From positions 20,462,001-20,526,000 of the forward strand of contig NC_087250.1 of assembly GCF_037042905.1 (NCBI RefSeq): a stretch of 64,000 nucleotides of DNA, written 5' to 3'. Made by a program: the position numbers and the translations under genes. This document shows, piece after piece, positions 26,315 to 40,216 of this stretch. Each line of letters begins with the position of its first letter. Position 1 is the first letter of the stretch. The notes beneath the pieces were generated by a model that saw only the letters and a list, made by a program, of their open reading frames with translations, did not search any database and was not told the DNA's origin. The DNA is from Lytechinus pictus. Lineage: Eukaryota.

Positions 26315-26872
26315 GTAAGATTTGATTTCCTTTTATCTTTTGATAACAATTTTTATTCTTATGTGATAAAGTGTATTTGTACATTCAACACCGTGCTTGA
26401 GAAATTGGACTTTGCATTTAGAAAACGTAGTGTTATATTATTATACCGTAGATTAGTGGTCTAATACTAGTACGATGAAATCATTCTTTTCGACTCTAAT
26501 CGTTTATATAATGTACATCTCACACAGTGCGCTATGTTATTCTTATTATTTTCTTAAATGAAATTGTCTATATTTTTTAAAAGAAAATTTACTCTGCGCT
26601 TTTGTTTTCAATGTCGGTCGATACATCATTTACACGAGACCTAGTCAATGTGCAGCGTTACGTGATTGTTACCGTATTCTTATTTTTTTTTTTATACATG
26701 TACATGTATGTAAAATATTCTTAACAACTATTTTAAAAGTCCTTTTGTTTTTGTGCGTATTCTCTTTGCTCAATGTTGGATGCCTTTCGATTGAAAGATT
26801 TTTTAAATCACGATTTGTTTTCATCGTTATCTTACTACAAACGATTTTTCCCCCTCTCTCTCTTTCAGAAAT

Positions 26873-29800
26873 ATGACGTTCCTTGAAGTGGTCCTTCTTC
26901 TTTTACTTTCCTGTATGATAGAGAGGTGAGCATTGATTTATAAATATAAAAACTACCTTTAAAAGAAAGTTTTGGAAATCCCTAGTGGAAAACATAGTAC
27001 CACACAATTTGTTAAGAGTGAGTGCATAGTATATGTTCTTAGTGAGTTCTGTGAATGTGGATCACTTTAAAATATTTAACAGCGTTAACATAATTTCAAA
27101 CTGTGGACACCTTGACAGTCCAGACTTTTCGCATTACTATACAGGGAAACTCTCTACACCGCACCAATTCCTTTGAAAATTCAACAACAAAAAAAGGTCG
27201 AATCGATTGATGATTCGACATTGTGTTCCACACTATAGGAACACACTATTAGACATCCTGCGTGAGAACAGACTCCGCTTCCACACTGTGAACAGACTCC
27301 GCTTCCACACTGTGAACAGACTCCGCTTCCACACTGTGAACAGACTCCGCTCCACACTGTGGACACAGTATAGGGCACACAGTCTTTTTTCGAGCAGGGC
27401 GTTGGTTACACGGACCTAATTACAACTGGCAGGCAAAAAATATTCATTCGAGCCAACACATTCTAAATTTTTAAATTTGATATTGCTGATGACAAACGTG
27501 AATGAGTATGATTGTCCATCTAGCACTGATTCTATTTTTGGTAACTAAACTGAACTTCCTTTTCCCAAATTGGGAAGATATTTCACCAGTTTGGAACTAA
27601 ATTTGACTGGCGAAAGAATAAGGGCCATTTTACTGTCTCAGATGCTGAATTTGATCTTGTCAAGCGTAGTATTCATAAATGCCGATTTATTTTTTAAATG
27701 AGCCGGTCAAGGTACCCTTTTCTGGTCAGATATGGAATGTCAGATATACATCATACCACTGGTAATAAACATTTGACCCTCGAATTTCATCCTTATTTCT
27801 TATGAATTTGTTTAAACTGCCAAATTAACACACGGGTCTATGGGAAATGTTTTAGGCCTGTGCAACCCGTTGTACACTTTCAGAAATCGCGTACGTCGTA
27901 GCCCGGAAAGGTAGTCGAAATAGTCAATCCAATCTGTATAGAGTTATTGAAAAGGACAATTTTGTGATACTATACCCTTTTTACACAGGATTTTCTTAAC
28001 CCCGGACTATCGCTAACCCCGTACTATCCTTAACCCCGTACTATTTTTTTTCCTTTTTACACATGCCAAATTGTTATTGCTAACCCCGGATAAGGAATGC
28101 TAGCTTTTCACACACGAAACTCGCTAACCCCGGACTAGTGGTTTTTGTCGATCATTCGTAGTACAAGTACTTCACTCGTACCATTTTACACACGCTACAA
28201 TTTCCTTAACCCCGTACTATAGGTGGGGCCAAATTGCAATTTAGCCCCACCTATATATAGTACGGGGTTAAGCTTAGCCCACTTTCGTTTTACACTAGCG
28301 ATCTTAACCCCGTACTATCGCTCTTAGCACCGCAATTGCTGGGATAACCCTGCTTTTTTGCAGGGCCAAATAATCCCGTACTAAAGGTGGGGTTAGCCCA
28401 CTTTGCAAAAATGCTGTGTAAAAAGAAAGTGGGCTAAGCTTAACCCCGTACTATAGTACGGGGTTAAGGAAATTTTAGCGTGTGTAAAAAGGGTATTAGT
28501 TTACATCCAGCGAGATTAGCCGCATACCTTTACCATATGGACATGTGTTTTGTGAGCTGTAAATACCAGAATTGGCAATCATATAATTATAGTCAAGCAG
28601 CAGGCAATATCAACTTTCAGAGATCTTGATCAAAGTTTATACCAACTCCCGATTTAGTCTGATTTTCCAGCTTCCATTTAGGTCAACCTATTAGGTGAGG
28701 TTAATGCCGGCTTTCGATAGAGTACTAATGGTTGTGTAGTTTCGATTCCAGTACGTATAGTAGGCCTCAAGTTACTTGTTTATTCATGTTATAAAAAAAG
28801 ATTGTCTTTTATTTGTTTGCTTGGTGGTTGGGGTATTTTTTTTTCAACGCAGACATATAGTCTTTCTTCAAAATCAATTCTTCCATAATCGTTTTATTTC
28901 GCAGAATGGAATGATTAGCAGGAGGAGAAAAGGAAGAAGAGGAAAAAGAAGAAGAGGAAGAAGAAGAAAAAGGAGAAGAAGAAGAAATTAATAATAATAA
29001 TAATAAGTTGTACAATTTCGAATTTTTTCTATAATGTATTTCTAATTTGTTGTAGTAGTGATGTTTTGACTTTCATGGTCTCGTATAAAATATTTGAAAT
29101 ATCTTCTTGCTACTATTCATGTTTTTTTTTTGGTCTTTTCTTAACAGCGCTTTGAAACATAGCATAGAAAGCGCTTCATAAAGTTTGTGTATTATCATTA
29201 CTGTCGTTATTATTACCGAAAACACTGAAGATAAATGGAAATGCATGGTAAACTGTATACGTTTGCCCTTTTCATGATAAAGGTGATCTTATACTCATGC
29301 GTGACTCTTTTTCGATCCGTTTTGTGAAACGCCTCCCATTCATGCTGGTCTAACAATAGGGATCCAATAAATTTGTCACATTTCTCTCTCACTTTCCCAG
29401 TGTCAAGTGACAGAGTTTTTTCTCCTACCTCTATTGAATAAAAGCACCTGACCAGAATAGAAATTGAAGGAATTATCCTCCTCCTCGTCCGTCTTCTTCC
29501 TCTTCCTCTTCTTCTTCTCCCCTCCTCCTCCTCATCCTTCTTCTTCTTCTTCCTCCTCCTCTTCTTCTTCTTCTCATTTTCTTCTTCCCCTCCTTCTCCT
29601 TCTCTTTAACATTCCTATTGTAAAATAATGTCGTACTTGATCTTGTCAGTATAATTCTAAAGAGAATAACAAATGTTTTTACATTATATCAAAATATCAA
29701 GTTAATGTAAAATAGCGTTAACCGTGCGTACGTCATACACATCTTATCATTATCGTACGCAAAGGAAAGAAGGGGGTAGTTGACAACATAACTTTCTGAT

Positions 29801-31630
29801 ACCCCTCTTTTGTTAAAATTTTACAGAAATCCATCGGAATTAGTATACAGTATAAATATATCCTTCAATTTCTATTTAGAAATTACCCAAACTCCCCCGA
29901 TCGGCTCGCTCGCCTCACTTGTCTTATTTCAGTCTGTATTTTGTTATTGAACATATGCCATATTCTTGCACCCCCTAGAATTATTTAAATAGATACAACT
30001 ACTTGAATATATGAATCAGAGTATTACAGTCTCCATAAAGTATTTTCCTTATAACAATTCGCTAATATTCTATGCAGAACTACAGAAAGTTAATTGTGTA
30101 TAACCTGTTTGAAGTTTTACTCCAATGTTCTTTAACTCCGACACTCGAATTATAATGATCGTTAAATACAAAGTAGGCCTATATTATTTCATGTGAAGAA
30201 ATTTAGTCAAGAAGGAAAATGAAACACGCTTTCGCATCATTTTTTTTTCACCTTCACTTTTTCTCTTCACGCCCACCTTATTACCCACAGGTCGATCTCG
30301 CTGTCGTGCCCCTGTTGGGCCCACGACGCTGACCCATCAAACCCGCTGTCATACAGAGAGACGTACTGCAATGACCTCAACCTTCAATGTCCTTCCGGGT
30401 CAGAGGTCATCAGCGACCACTGCGGATGCTGTAAAGTATGCTCACATGTGAGTATAGTATGCCATAAGAAACCAAAACTAATTAGCTGGAGACCCGGGGA
30501 GCCTCCAAAGGAGTCCAAGAGCAGGGGTCCGCATGGCCTTTGATGACATTATGTCCATGCACGTAAAATCTGGAGAATTGGGTTGTGAGACTCAGGGTAG
30601 GCCTATTTGGCGGAATGAGGGGGAGGGGGGGGTGAATTTTTACTATACTATCATACAGGCTTCACAATCCAGACAGGTTGAGCTTGTTCCCATTAAAGAC
30701 ATGACATACCATAAGACGCTAATGGGTAGCGAATTTGATAAAGGGTTCGTAAATATTTTCATATCACAAAGTGAATGGAGTTTTCAATGAGAATAGCGTA
30801 GTGCCCCAACCATAATGAGTCCATGGGGCTTATGTGTTTATAGACATAAAAAAAAACCGAGGTCCTCGATCAGTTTATATTTGATCAATGCTGATATTTT
30901 GATATTTTTAGGGCGATGCCGCTTTTAAAATAAGGACATGGAAATGTTTGAAAAGGAGACAATAAAATATTCCAATGCCAGAAAAAGGAGCATCCGATTC
31001 GATGCCAAATATTAGGGCTTCCAAAGCCATGCAAGGTCTTGGATTGCGATAGATGATCAATTTTTCGATGACCTTTCGTTCTTTCGTCAAATCTGGTTGT
31101 GCTCAAAACTAAAAATGCTTGCCTCCTTTTGAATATAAACAAAGTTATCTTATGTTTTATTTACTGATCAGGTTGAAGATGAGGAATGCGGGGGACCTTG
31201 GAACGTACTAGGAACTTGCGCCAAGGACTTCGAATGCGTCGACCCAAAGACGAAAGCTCCAATCCACATGGAGAAATATATCGTCAATATCCCTATGGGA
31301 GTCTGCAGAAGAATCAAACGATCTGGCGCAGGTCAGGCGCCCTCTACGCCCGAGCCACGTCCATTCAAACCTGAGTTCCCTCCTGGTTTCTCATTAATGG
31401 ACTTCTTCGGACCTTTCGGTCCACAGCGGCCATTGGATAACGAAAAGCCATTGGGTATCAACAAGAAGACGAAGAAGACAAAGAAGGACAAGAAACTGAA
31501 GAAGGATTTGAAGAAGAAGGACAGAAAAGAAAAGAAGGAGAGGAGAGATAGGAAGATGAAGGAGATTAGGAAGCAGAGTAGGAGAAAAGTGAGCAACGAA
31601 GTTAGCAATGAGATTCCCAAGTACTTCTAA
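26873..31630 (+). CDS. Secreted single IGFBP-N-domain protein, paralog B, with Pro-rich then Lys/Arg-rich tail
   Basis: Exons 26873-26925 (MTFLEVVLLLLLSCMIE, phase 2), 30291-30447 (RSISLSCPCWAHD...YCNDLNLQCPSGSEVISDHCGCCKVCSH, phase 0) and 31172-31630 (VEDEECGGPWNVLGTCAKDFEC...GVCRRIKR...KYF*). GT-AG and in frame; CGCCxxC motif; 12 Cys. Confidence 0.9.
27262..27362. repeat. 27-bp minisatellite, about 4 copies
   Basis: Repeat unit GTGAACAGACTCCGCTTCCACACT-like, repeated in tandem. Confidence 0.85.
27973..28495. mobile_element. TIR MITE with internal TAACCCCGTACTAT repeats
   Basis: TACCCTTTTTACAC...GTGTAAAAAGGGTA ends; lies in a gene B intron. Confidence 0.75.
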
Positions 31631-32826
31631 AGACTTGTCAATTGGACTGATTGTTTGTTTTCCAAACAGGGTATAGTACTAGCCTGTGATAGTATTCATC
31701 TAACATCATGTTTCCAGGCATCTTGCATTGCTATTAAAGGTGTTCAATAATCAATATAAGACAGTTCCCGGGCAGTTCCCACGTAGATGACAAAAAGATA
31801 AATTTGTTATTCAAGGTATTCGATCATTTTCCATCCCCAATTTGATTGTTGATAATGGCCCCTTTATCTGACGCGGGCGTTCACCATTTCCATGATTAGT
31901 GACCTTCAAATTATGCTCGTTGAAGTTCGCATCGATGCCCTTCAAAGTCTGGCGAGATGTTCATTCAAATCAATTCACGAAGAAGGGCGGCAGGGCGAGC
32001 CTTTATAGTGGAGGGTCATAAAAAGGTGTCACCTTTTCTCAAGAAACGGTACTTTTCTGATATTCTTTTTTTTTCTACCGTAATATGGACCTTCTTCCTG
32101 GATGAATTAAAACATACATCATTTTCATTTTCAAATAGTTCCAAAGATGTAAAATTTTGTCGGAATACCCTTTTGGGGTTGTAATCTTTGTACCCTCAAC
32201 CTAAGTAAAAAACAAGTGAATATATGTACATTTTTGTTCTCTAAAGGTTCTCTAAATATCTCTTGTTCTCTCCTTTGTCACTCATTCTCTTGTTTTTTCT
32301 TCCGTTTTGATCAATATATTGTGCCCAAAAAGGTGCAACTTTGCACCTGGCATAACCATGTTAATTGGTACAACTCTGCACTTTTTGTCCATCCCTAGGG
32401 TAGCGGCCGTTATTTATGTGTGCTACGCTGTAATAAGAAATATTAAGGTGTCAACATATTAGTTCTTTTGTAACTGTACTCTAAATGGTGCCGTTTCAGG
32501 TATCAGCGAACTAGCTCGAATTATCATGATTATTGTTCACATTGTGTGTGAGGCGTCAGTATTGCTTATAAAATTATATATTATCTATAACCGATTACTA
32601 GTCTCTTTACGTAATGTGTACAAACTGAATACATTTTACGGATGCTATGTGCATTTCTGGGCATTGGCTCGCCTAAAACAGACAAAGGATATAAGAAGAA
32701 ATGAAAAAAGGAGGGAGAGAGAGGGAGAAATATAGAGGGAGGGGCTCGGGAGTTGTTGTTATTGTCTCTTTTCCTCATCCAAACGGAGGAAGCAAAGTTT
32801 ATGTGTCGTTTGGTAATACGCAAACC

Positions 32827-33000
32827 GGTGTGTTGGCTCAGTTGGTCGAGCATCCGTCTAAGAATCGGGAGGTCGGGAGTTGAAAACCCGGCCGCGTCAG
32901 ACGTAAAAAGATGACAGTTGGTGCCACCCTGTTTGGCGTTCAACAGAGACTTGTCGATCAGGGGCTGCACGGTGGCTGCCCGGCCCACGATCAATTGGGT
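32827..33000 (+). mobile_element. tRNA-derived SINE head (degenerate tRNA-like 5' region)
   Basis: A-box TGGCTCAGTTGG and degenerate B-box GAGTTGAAAACCC; poor acceptor and T-loop, continuing into a non-tRNA body. Confidence 0.6.
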
Positions 33001-33670
33001 AAAATGGATTTTCGGAATATTTCCATTCTAAGATTTATTTTCATTATTTTGCCTAACTGATTGAAAAAAAAATATATATTTCAAACTTTTTCTATCTTGA
33101 ATTATTAAAAATATGCTTTTTGAACAGAATTGACAATTATGTACAGTATATAGGTCGATTTTCTGCTCCCAGCCCCCCCCCCCCATGCGCGAAGTTACTT
33201 GCCTTATTTACACCTCACTACGATCATATATTGTATATATTTGTATATCATATTTTCTGTAACTATTATCTAGTTAATAAAATCTATCAATATACAATGT
33301 CAGGATTTTCGCCTCATTCGTTTAAACATTGTTATTTTTTTCAAGTATACGTTGTTTAAGCCCGTCGTTTGAAACAAGATGTTTAACAAGGTTAAACCAT
33401 TGTTTGAACATTTAAACTACTTATTGTCAGTGACGAGCTTAGACAACGTGATTAATGATATTCATAGCTTTACGAGGATTGACAGAGAAATAACTAGATA
33501 GATAGATGGATGGATGGATAGATAGATATAGATAGATAGATAGGATAGATAGACCATGGAGCTATAAAACACGGATGGACAGAAAGAAAGATGAGATAGA
33601 ACGACAAAAGGTATCATACAGATATAACATGCTAGCTAGCTACATAAAAGTGTTGGTTAAACGCTTGACC

Positions 33671-34273
33671 TTAAAGGGATGGTCCAGGCTGGAAATATTT
33701 ATATCTCAATAAATACAGTAAAATTAACAAAGAAAAATGCTGAAAATTTGATCAAAATCGGATGACAACTATAACAACGCTATTGAATTCTAAAGATTTG
33801 CATTATTCTGGTGAAACGGTTCTAGGAGTGTCTTTCTGAATATTCATTAGATGGGCTGATGATGTCATATCCCAACTTGTTCTTTTGTATTTATCATATG
33901 AAATTAGGTTTATTCAAAAATTTTCTACCAGGAACTAAAACAATTGGCTTGACAACTGATTAAATGCATTAGTTATTTATTGTCGCAACTTATTTCATCA
34001 TAATGGAGACACATCATTTACACATGTATATATGAAAAAATAAAACATCAATGATTTCATGTAATAACATAAGAAAAATGAAAGTGGGGATGTGACATCA
34101 TCAGCCCACCTCATGAATATTCTTAAAGACATGCCTAGAACTGTTTCATCGGAATAATGCAAATCTTTGAAATTCAATAACTTCGTTATTTGTTATCCGA
34201 TTTTGATCAAATTTTCAGCATTTTGCTCTGTGAATGTTACTCTATTTATTTAGATATAGATATTTTCAGCCTG
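33671..34273. mobile_element. Kolobok-like MITE (right end eroded)
   Basis: TTAAAGGGATGGTCCAGGCTG...TTTCAGCCTG; homologous to 11163-11756. Confidence 0.7.
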
Positions 34274-36199
34274 TTGTTTACCATATGAACCTTAGTTGTT
34301 TAAACTGTTTAAACAACTACTGTAATGATCATTTAGTAAACAGTGTTGTACAAAAAACTGAAGCATCGTTTTTACTTTGCATCCCAACAATGAAACCGAC
34401 TGCAAACCGATCGATGATATGTCATTCGAGATAACGTTATATTTGATCAATCTCAAGTCGGTTTCTTTGCAGTGCCTACAGTATTCATATCACATATGTT
34501 ATTATTATCATATACTCGTGAATCATATCGAGTCATATCGAGTTTCATTGTCTGTGTCTCCGAAGCGAATTAGGGAGTCCCTCGCTGTGACTCAGTGTCG
34601 AATATACTTCCGGCAATCTGTAAGACATCAAGACAAGACAGTTTGTATGATTAGATCACTAAACATTTCCAGGTTCGGTGATATTCGGGGTGAATTACTG
34701 GTGAATTTGCCATTTGCTATTGTATTTCAAAAAGTTGAATTTCGCAGGGTCAAAAGCGAATTTACTGTTTGGTTTGATCCAACATAATGGTCTAATCATA
34801 TTTGTTTTTGTTTTTTGTTTATTTTTTTTAAGTAGACCAATTGATGTATGGTTGGACGAACCGGACAACACCCGATTATACAGTGCGTCCCAGAAAAAAG
34901 GAAACCGGGATTTCCATGTCTTTTTAATTTAAAGGCAAATGAATTATGATATTTCATCTACATAATCATATTATTCAATTATTCCTCTTTATTTTGATAC
35001 CTAATATAAGACAAACATTTCACACATTACTCAGCAAGACGAGTCTGAAATTTTATTTTCAAAACCAGGTTGCGCAGAAAAATTGGACAAGATTGATTCG
35101 TGATATGACGACCGTACATATTCGACGTTTGGCTCATTTGCATTTCTGTTGTATTCTTTGTTAAGCTTCTCTCACTGATACCTGAAATGAGAGTGGAATC
35201 AGATTCACAAGTATAAGTCTTTGCGCAAATCGTTTCTGATATGTCTCACTATTTATTATTTGTAATCAGACATGCGTTAACGATTTGCTAATCTGTTGGT
35301 TTCAAATGAGAGATGAGATACTACTCTTGCACTGAGTATTAAACTTATAGTAAAACATCTTTAATCATGTTAAAAAAATGGAAAATAGCTTATATAGAGT
35401 CAATTGATAATGACTCGATAATTAATTAAAGAAATGAATGAATAAATAAATGAAGATAAATGAATGAATGGATAAGTAAATTTCAACAAATGGATAACTA
35501 AATGAAAATAAATACACGTGGCTCTTTCGGGGTTTGAAAGAAAAATAGTTGTGGCTAGAATGTCTTGAGGAAAATGAAACAAATGGGCATATACACAAAC
35601 AATGTTTCTTATGGTCGTGGTTAATAGTTAAGCCTTTTCGCTTGCTTGTCATGGGCGAATTCAAGAATGTGAGATTTAAAATCTTGATCTTGATTAGTCA
35701 AAGATTGATTTAAGAATTAAAAAGAAATATTGATTTGTTTGATTTTGTGTTTTTGCCCCAGAAAATACTTGATTTTATCAAAAGGTTACAACACAACAAT
35801 GCAATGAGATGTCGTGATTGTTTCACACTTATCTTTAAACGATAATAAACATGGCATCAATGTCAATGAGGAAGGGCAACCGGCGCCCAAGAGGAAAAGA
35901 CGTGGACGATTCTTAATCTTTTCTCGTCCATCCCTCTCTCTCTTTGGTTTTTGAGAAACTGCAATCATTCTCTCTCTCTCCCCCTTTCTCTCCCATTCTT
36001 TCTTTTTCGTATTTGTATTTCGCCCTACTGTTTACTGTTAATGACATCTGCTGTTAACTATTTATATCAAACGCGATAATACACATTTTCATTGTCCTTT
36101 ACAGCAGTCACGTAGCTCCTTGCACGTAGTTTCTGTAGACATATATAGCCCTGCTGATTAGTTTGAAGTTCGATAGTGAAACTATATAACTTCCTTTAA

Positions 36200-36880
36200 T
36201 CCCCCTCTCTCGTTTGATAGTAATCTTCATCTCTCTCTTTTCTCTCCTCCAACACACACTCCCATCACTCTCACTCGCCCCCACCCTCTCTCTTTCTTAA
36301 TTTTTGACCCTCATTTTCTCTTTTCCATCTATCTCTCACACAATTATGCACTCTTTCTACCATTCCCCTCTCTCTCTCACACACCCACACACACATCCTC
36401 CTCTCTCTTTCTCACCCCCACACACAACACACTCTTCCTATCCCTCCCTCTCTCGCACACACACACTTCCTCCCCTCTCTCTCACACACAAACACACACA
36501 CCCTCACACACAACGCACTCTTCCTACACCTCCCCTTCCACTCTCTCACACACGCTTCCTCATCTCCTTTCTCACATTCACACATACAGCACACTTTTCT
36601 CTCCCCTCCCTCACACACACACACACACACACACTTCCTCCCCACTCTCCAATACTCTCTCACACAATCCTACCCCTCTCTCCTGTCTCACTCACACACA
36701 CACACACATTTTCCTCCCCTCCCGTCTTTCCATCACCCCCTCTTTCTCTCTCTCTTTCTCTCTCTCTCCCTCTCTCTCACACACACACACACCCTCACAC
36801 TCTCTTCATTCGACCTCTCTCTTCCTCACTCCCACCATTTATCCCCATCCCTCTCTATCTTATTCATTGTATCACCCCTT
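36200..36880. repeat. (CA)/(CT) compound low-complexity tract
   Basis: Seen directly; it explains the spurious 192-aa ORF. Confidence 0.9.
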
Positions 36881-37715
36881 GAAGTTGTAAGCTACCCCTT
36901 TTAGTCACTTTATCAAGTATTACTAGAATCAGTGACAATATTCTCATGGATATAATTTATTTTATGATAATTCGATATTTACATATTGAAATAAATAAAT
37001 CAAGATAATACAAACTACAGCTGACTTAACACATAAATTTGTCTTTATATGATATTCCACAGCCCCTTTTACATTTTCAAGAAATATATTATATTTATTT
37101 TTTACAACACACTATCGTACCCTGTAAACTATAATCATGAGTGCCCATGTGCAGTCCAAAAGTCAAAGTACATAAATAAAAATGACCTTATTAAGATCAC
37201 TGCGTTAATTAACTTGTCATCGTAGTCGCTCGCTGTTAGGCTCCCCCATCAGCACATCACTATGCCACCGGTCACCCCCTCTCACCCCCCCCAAAAAAAA
37301 ATAATTAATTGCTTCCCTCTTGTTTCTCAAGGATTCGGGGGAAATACTTGTCAGTCCATTCCTAGACATGCAAAGTGTGCGTCAGCAAGAATTTCCACAA
37401 GCAGGAAAGAGAAGATTTCAGTAGCATTAATGAGTTGTCCATACGTCGTAGAGAGTGGGTCTTTAAGATAAAGAAAATTCATGTCGTATTCTTTTCAGAT
37501 TGAAATAAAACATTGTTAAGCTGCTTTAATGAGTTGTTGATTCACAAGTTTTCCTTTAACATCAAAAGGAAGCACTTAAACAGCATCGATGCGTTGTCCA
37601 TGCGCCACATATAGAAGACGTCCTATTGACGAGGCGTGCATCCATTTAGCATGTTGAGAACGAAAAGCATTCAAGCAGCATTGGTGAGTTACATATGACC
37701 TGTTGAGAGGGCGCC

Positions 37716-37841
37716 CTACGGAGTGCAGTATCCCTTTGAGAAAGGATTCTTGATGACCTTGCCCGTCTCGTCCTTGCAAGCTAGACCCTTTGAACATACT
37801 CCGAAGACCTTCCATGGTCCTCCGCACTCCTCTCCTTTCCC
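37716..37841 (-). CDS. Second IGFBP C-half terminal exon (3b): alternative last exon of paralog C, or an orphan exon
   Basis: Acceptor CTGTTCTTTTGATCTGCAG, then phase-0 GKGEECGGPWKVFGVCSKGLACKDETGKVIKNPFSKGYCTP* (126 nt, 4 Cys). Homologous to exon 40850-40563. Confidence 0.8.
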   Translation of the reverse strand, partial: GKGEECGGPWKVFGVCSKGLACKDETGKVIKNPFSKGYCTP

Positions 37842-39002
37842 CTGCAGATCAAAAGAACAGGGAAAAGACAGTATGTCAATTCCAAATATGGAAGCAATTC
37901 AGTCTTAAAGAACAGTATCTGGGGTCAATAACCAGTGAGTCTGTTTATCCAGAAGGTTTAGATGATGAATCGTTGTCCTGTCTTATGCAAATGAAGAGTC
38001 TCAAAGGACAGTATCTTGGATTAACAACCAGCCAGTCTGTTGCTTCAGAATGTTCAGATGATACGTAGTTGGTCTATCTGCATGCAAATGGAGAGTCACA
38101 GAGGACAGTATCTCGGATCCACAACCCGACAAGCCGGGCTGTCGCCATGGTCAAGGTTGCTGATCTGGTTTAGGCTAGGCCTATGCGTTCCTTAGCATTT
38201 CAATTTAAAACCATTCTGATGTTCAATGACTCCGGATGATAAATGCAAAAAAGGAGGAAAATGAACAGTTCATTATTTTACTTGTCCGTGACGTCTTCAT
38301 GCTTGATTTGTAGACTTCAATGGTATCTACCAAAAAGGCCGGTGTGCAACGGATAAAATGCCACCTTCGAAACGTTGAGAACAGCAAAACCACAACAGTC
38401 AGCCTTCTTGGGGCATAATGTTTGGCAAGTTATAAGTCAACGTGTGTCCTAAATCAAAAGTCTGAGTATATACTAAGTTGTGTGTAAAATATGTGTAAGC
38501 AGCAGAGACCCCGTTGAGTCATGTGGTAGGTTAGTCAGTTAGTTTTGTAGAGATTGTCAACGTCCAATGGAAAATTCTCAAAGTGTATGTATGTAGCTTA
38601 GGGGTCCCGAATTAAAATCTGGTCACTGGTCAGGTTCAAGGAAGCCATACAGCTGGGATGTTTAGCCAAGTCGATAGAAGGTCGGTAGGGAGTCGCATAC
38701 GCTTGCAAGAGTCCGCAAGTAAGTCGTAATGCAATCTGAACCATCATAGAACAGGATGTAGAGTCATTGTATATATAGTCCGTCTATGCAAGCTTACCAC
38801 CAGTTCCTGTAAGGTCAAAGGTCAGACAGTCAATATCAGTTGGTCCTATACTTTGTAAATTTTGGTAGATGTTCATATAAATGTCAGCAGGTTCTGGGAC
38901 CCGGTCTGGGACACGTTCACAATAAAAAATAGCATCATCTCGATATCCTATATCATGTACATATTATTCTTACATGTCTTATGCAGGTAATTATTCATTC
39001 AC

Positions 39003-39157
39003 TTTAATAATAATTGCTGGATTTATGAGGCGCTTTTTGCCTGAGGATACAAAGCATTTGCTATTATTACCCCGGCTTTAGCTCGAGCTACCATCACCGG
39101 CGCTTAGTGCATTCAAGGAATTAATCCTGCCGGTTACCCATTCACATCACCTGGGTC
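39003..39157 (-). mobile_element. 5'-truncated SINE fragment
   Basis: Shares ATTATTACCCCGGCTTTAGC...GCATTCAAGGAATT...CACCTGGGTC with 60436-60665 and 61958-62332. Confidence 0.6.
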
Positions 39158-39981
39158 ATGATTTTACAAAATCGGGTTAATCTAACTGCAAAAAATCTAC
39201 GACGATACAGTAACAATTAGGCTTGGTATACAGACTTTCTCATGAAATTAGCAGGCCTATTAAGTACAACTATTTTTATTCATATAGAATTTACTTACTT
39301 ATTTATTCCTATAATAATAGTAAAAAATACTGTCAACTGTGATATTCATCACATTCCATACACGAGTGCCGGTATGCATATGCTCTCTGTCGTAAGATTA
39401 TCAAATCCCTCATTTTAAACTCGTCACATTTAATGAAAATTGACTGCGATAAAAACATAATAAACATGATAAAGCTACAAAATCAAAAGTAAGACGTCAA
39501 AGGCCATTTTAAAGTCATATTATTTAAGATATTTCCTCGGGAAGAAAGAACATAAAGAATGAGGTAGTTTTCTATAAGGGTACGTCTTGCGATTGTTCTC
39601 AAAAAGCCATCGATAACAGCGTTACTCTACGATTGATGATTCCTAAATAATATCTCCCATGACAATCGACCCACGTAAATTACCCCCCACAACAATTAGC
39701 AGCTGTACCTTACTTATTTTCACAGCATAAAAGGATTGTGTAAACGACAAAAACTGTCGTCACACATTTTGCAGTTATCAGGAATAAAAGCCAAAAATGT
39801 TGAATTTATGGCGTTTTGATTACAGATCAATAGACATTGAATGAAAATGAATCATATTCAGTGGCAATGCCCTCTGCTGACTCTCCATATGCTTTCAGTT
39901 TATGTTATTAAGATATTCATATCTGACAGAGAATTCCCTCGATCAATTTCTAAGTAGTTCATCATGTTTAGCCCATCCTAC

Positions 39982-40216
39982 CACTGTTCAAAATAATTTA
40001 AACAACGCTGTTTACTATGTGAATCGCACAGTAGTTTTTCAAACAGTTTAAACAAGTGTTTAAAATCTTAAACAACCATGCTAAAAATTATTGATAATTA
40101 TTCATTTGAATTTAAACTTTGTTGTTTAAGATTTAAACACTTGTTTAAAATGTTTAAACAACTACTGCGCGATTCACATATAGTAAACAGCGTTGTTTAA
40201 ATTATCTTTAACAGTG
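39982..40216. mobile_element. Palindromic CACTG-ended MITE
   Basis: CACTGTT...AACAGTG ends with long inverted arms. Confidence 0.7.

Noticed and set aside
32827..32899. Functional tRNA gene
   Set aside because: T-loop is GTTGAAA, stems are mismatched, and the sequence continues into a SINE-like body.
36304..36882. 192-aa His/Thr/Ser/Pro ORF
   Set aside because: Translation of a CA/CT low-complexity tract.
38360..38420. Possible decayed exon 2 of a fourth paralog (minus-strand TGCCCC...GACTGTTGTGGTTTTGCTGT...TCGAAG|GT)
   Set aside because: Needs at least two frameshifts, has a weak donor and no LSCxC start or acceptor; cannot be distinguished from chance by eye.
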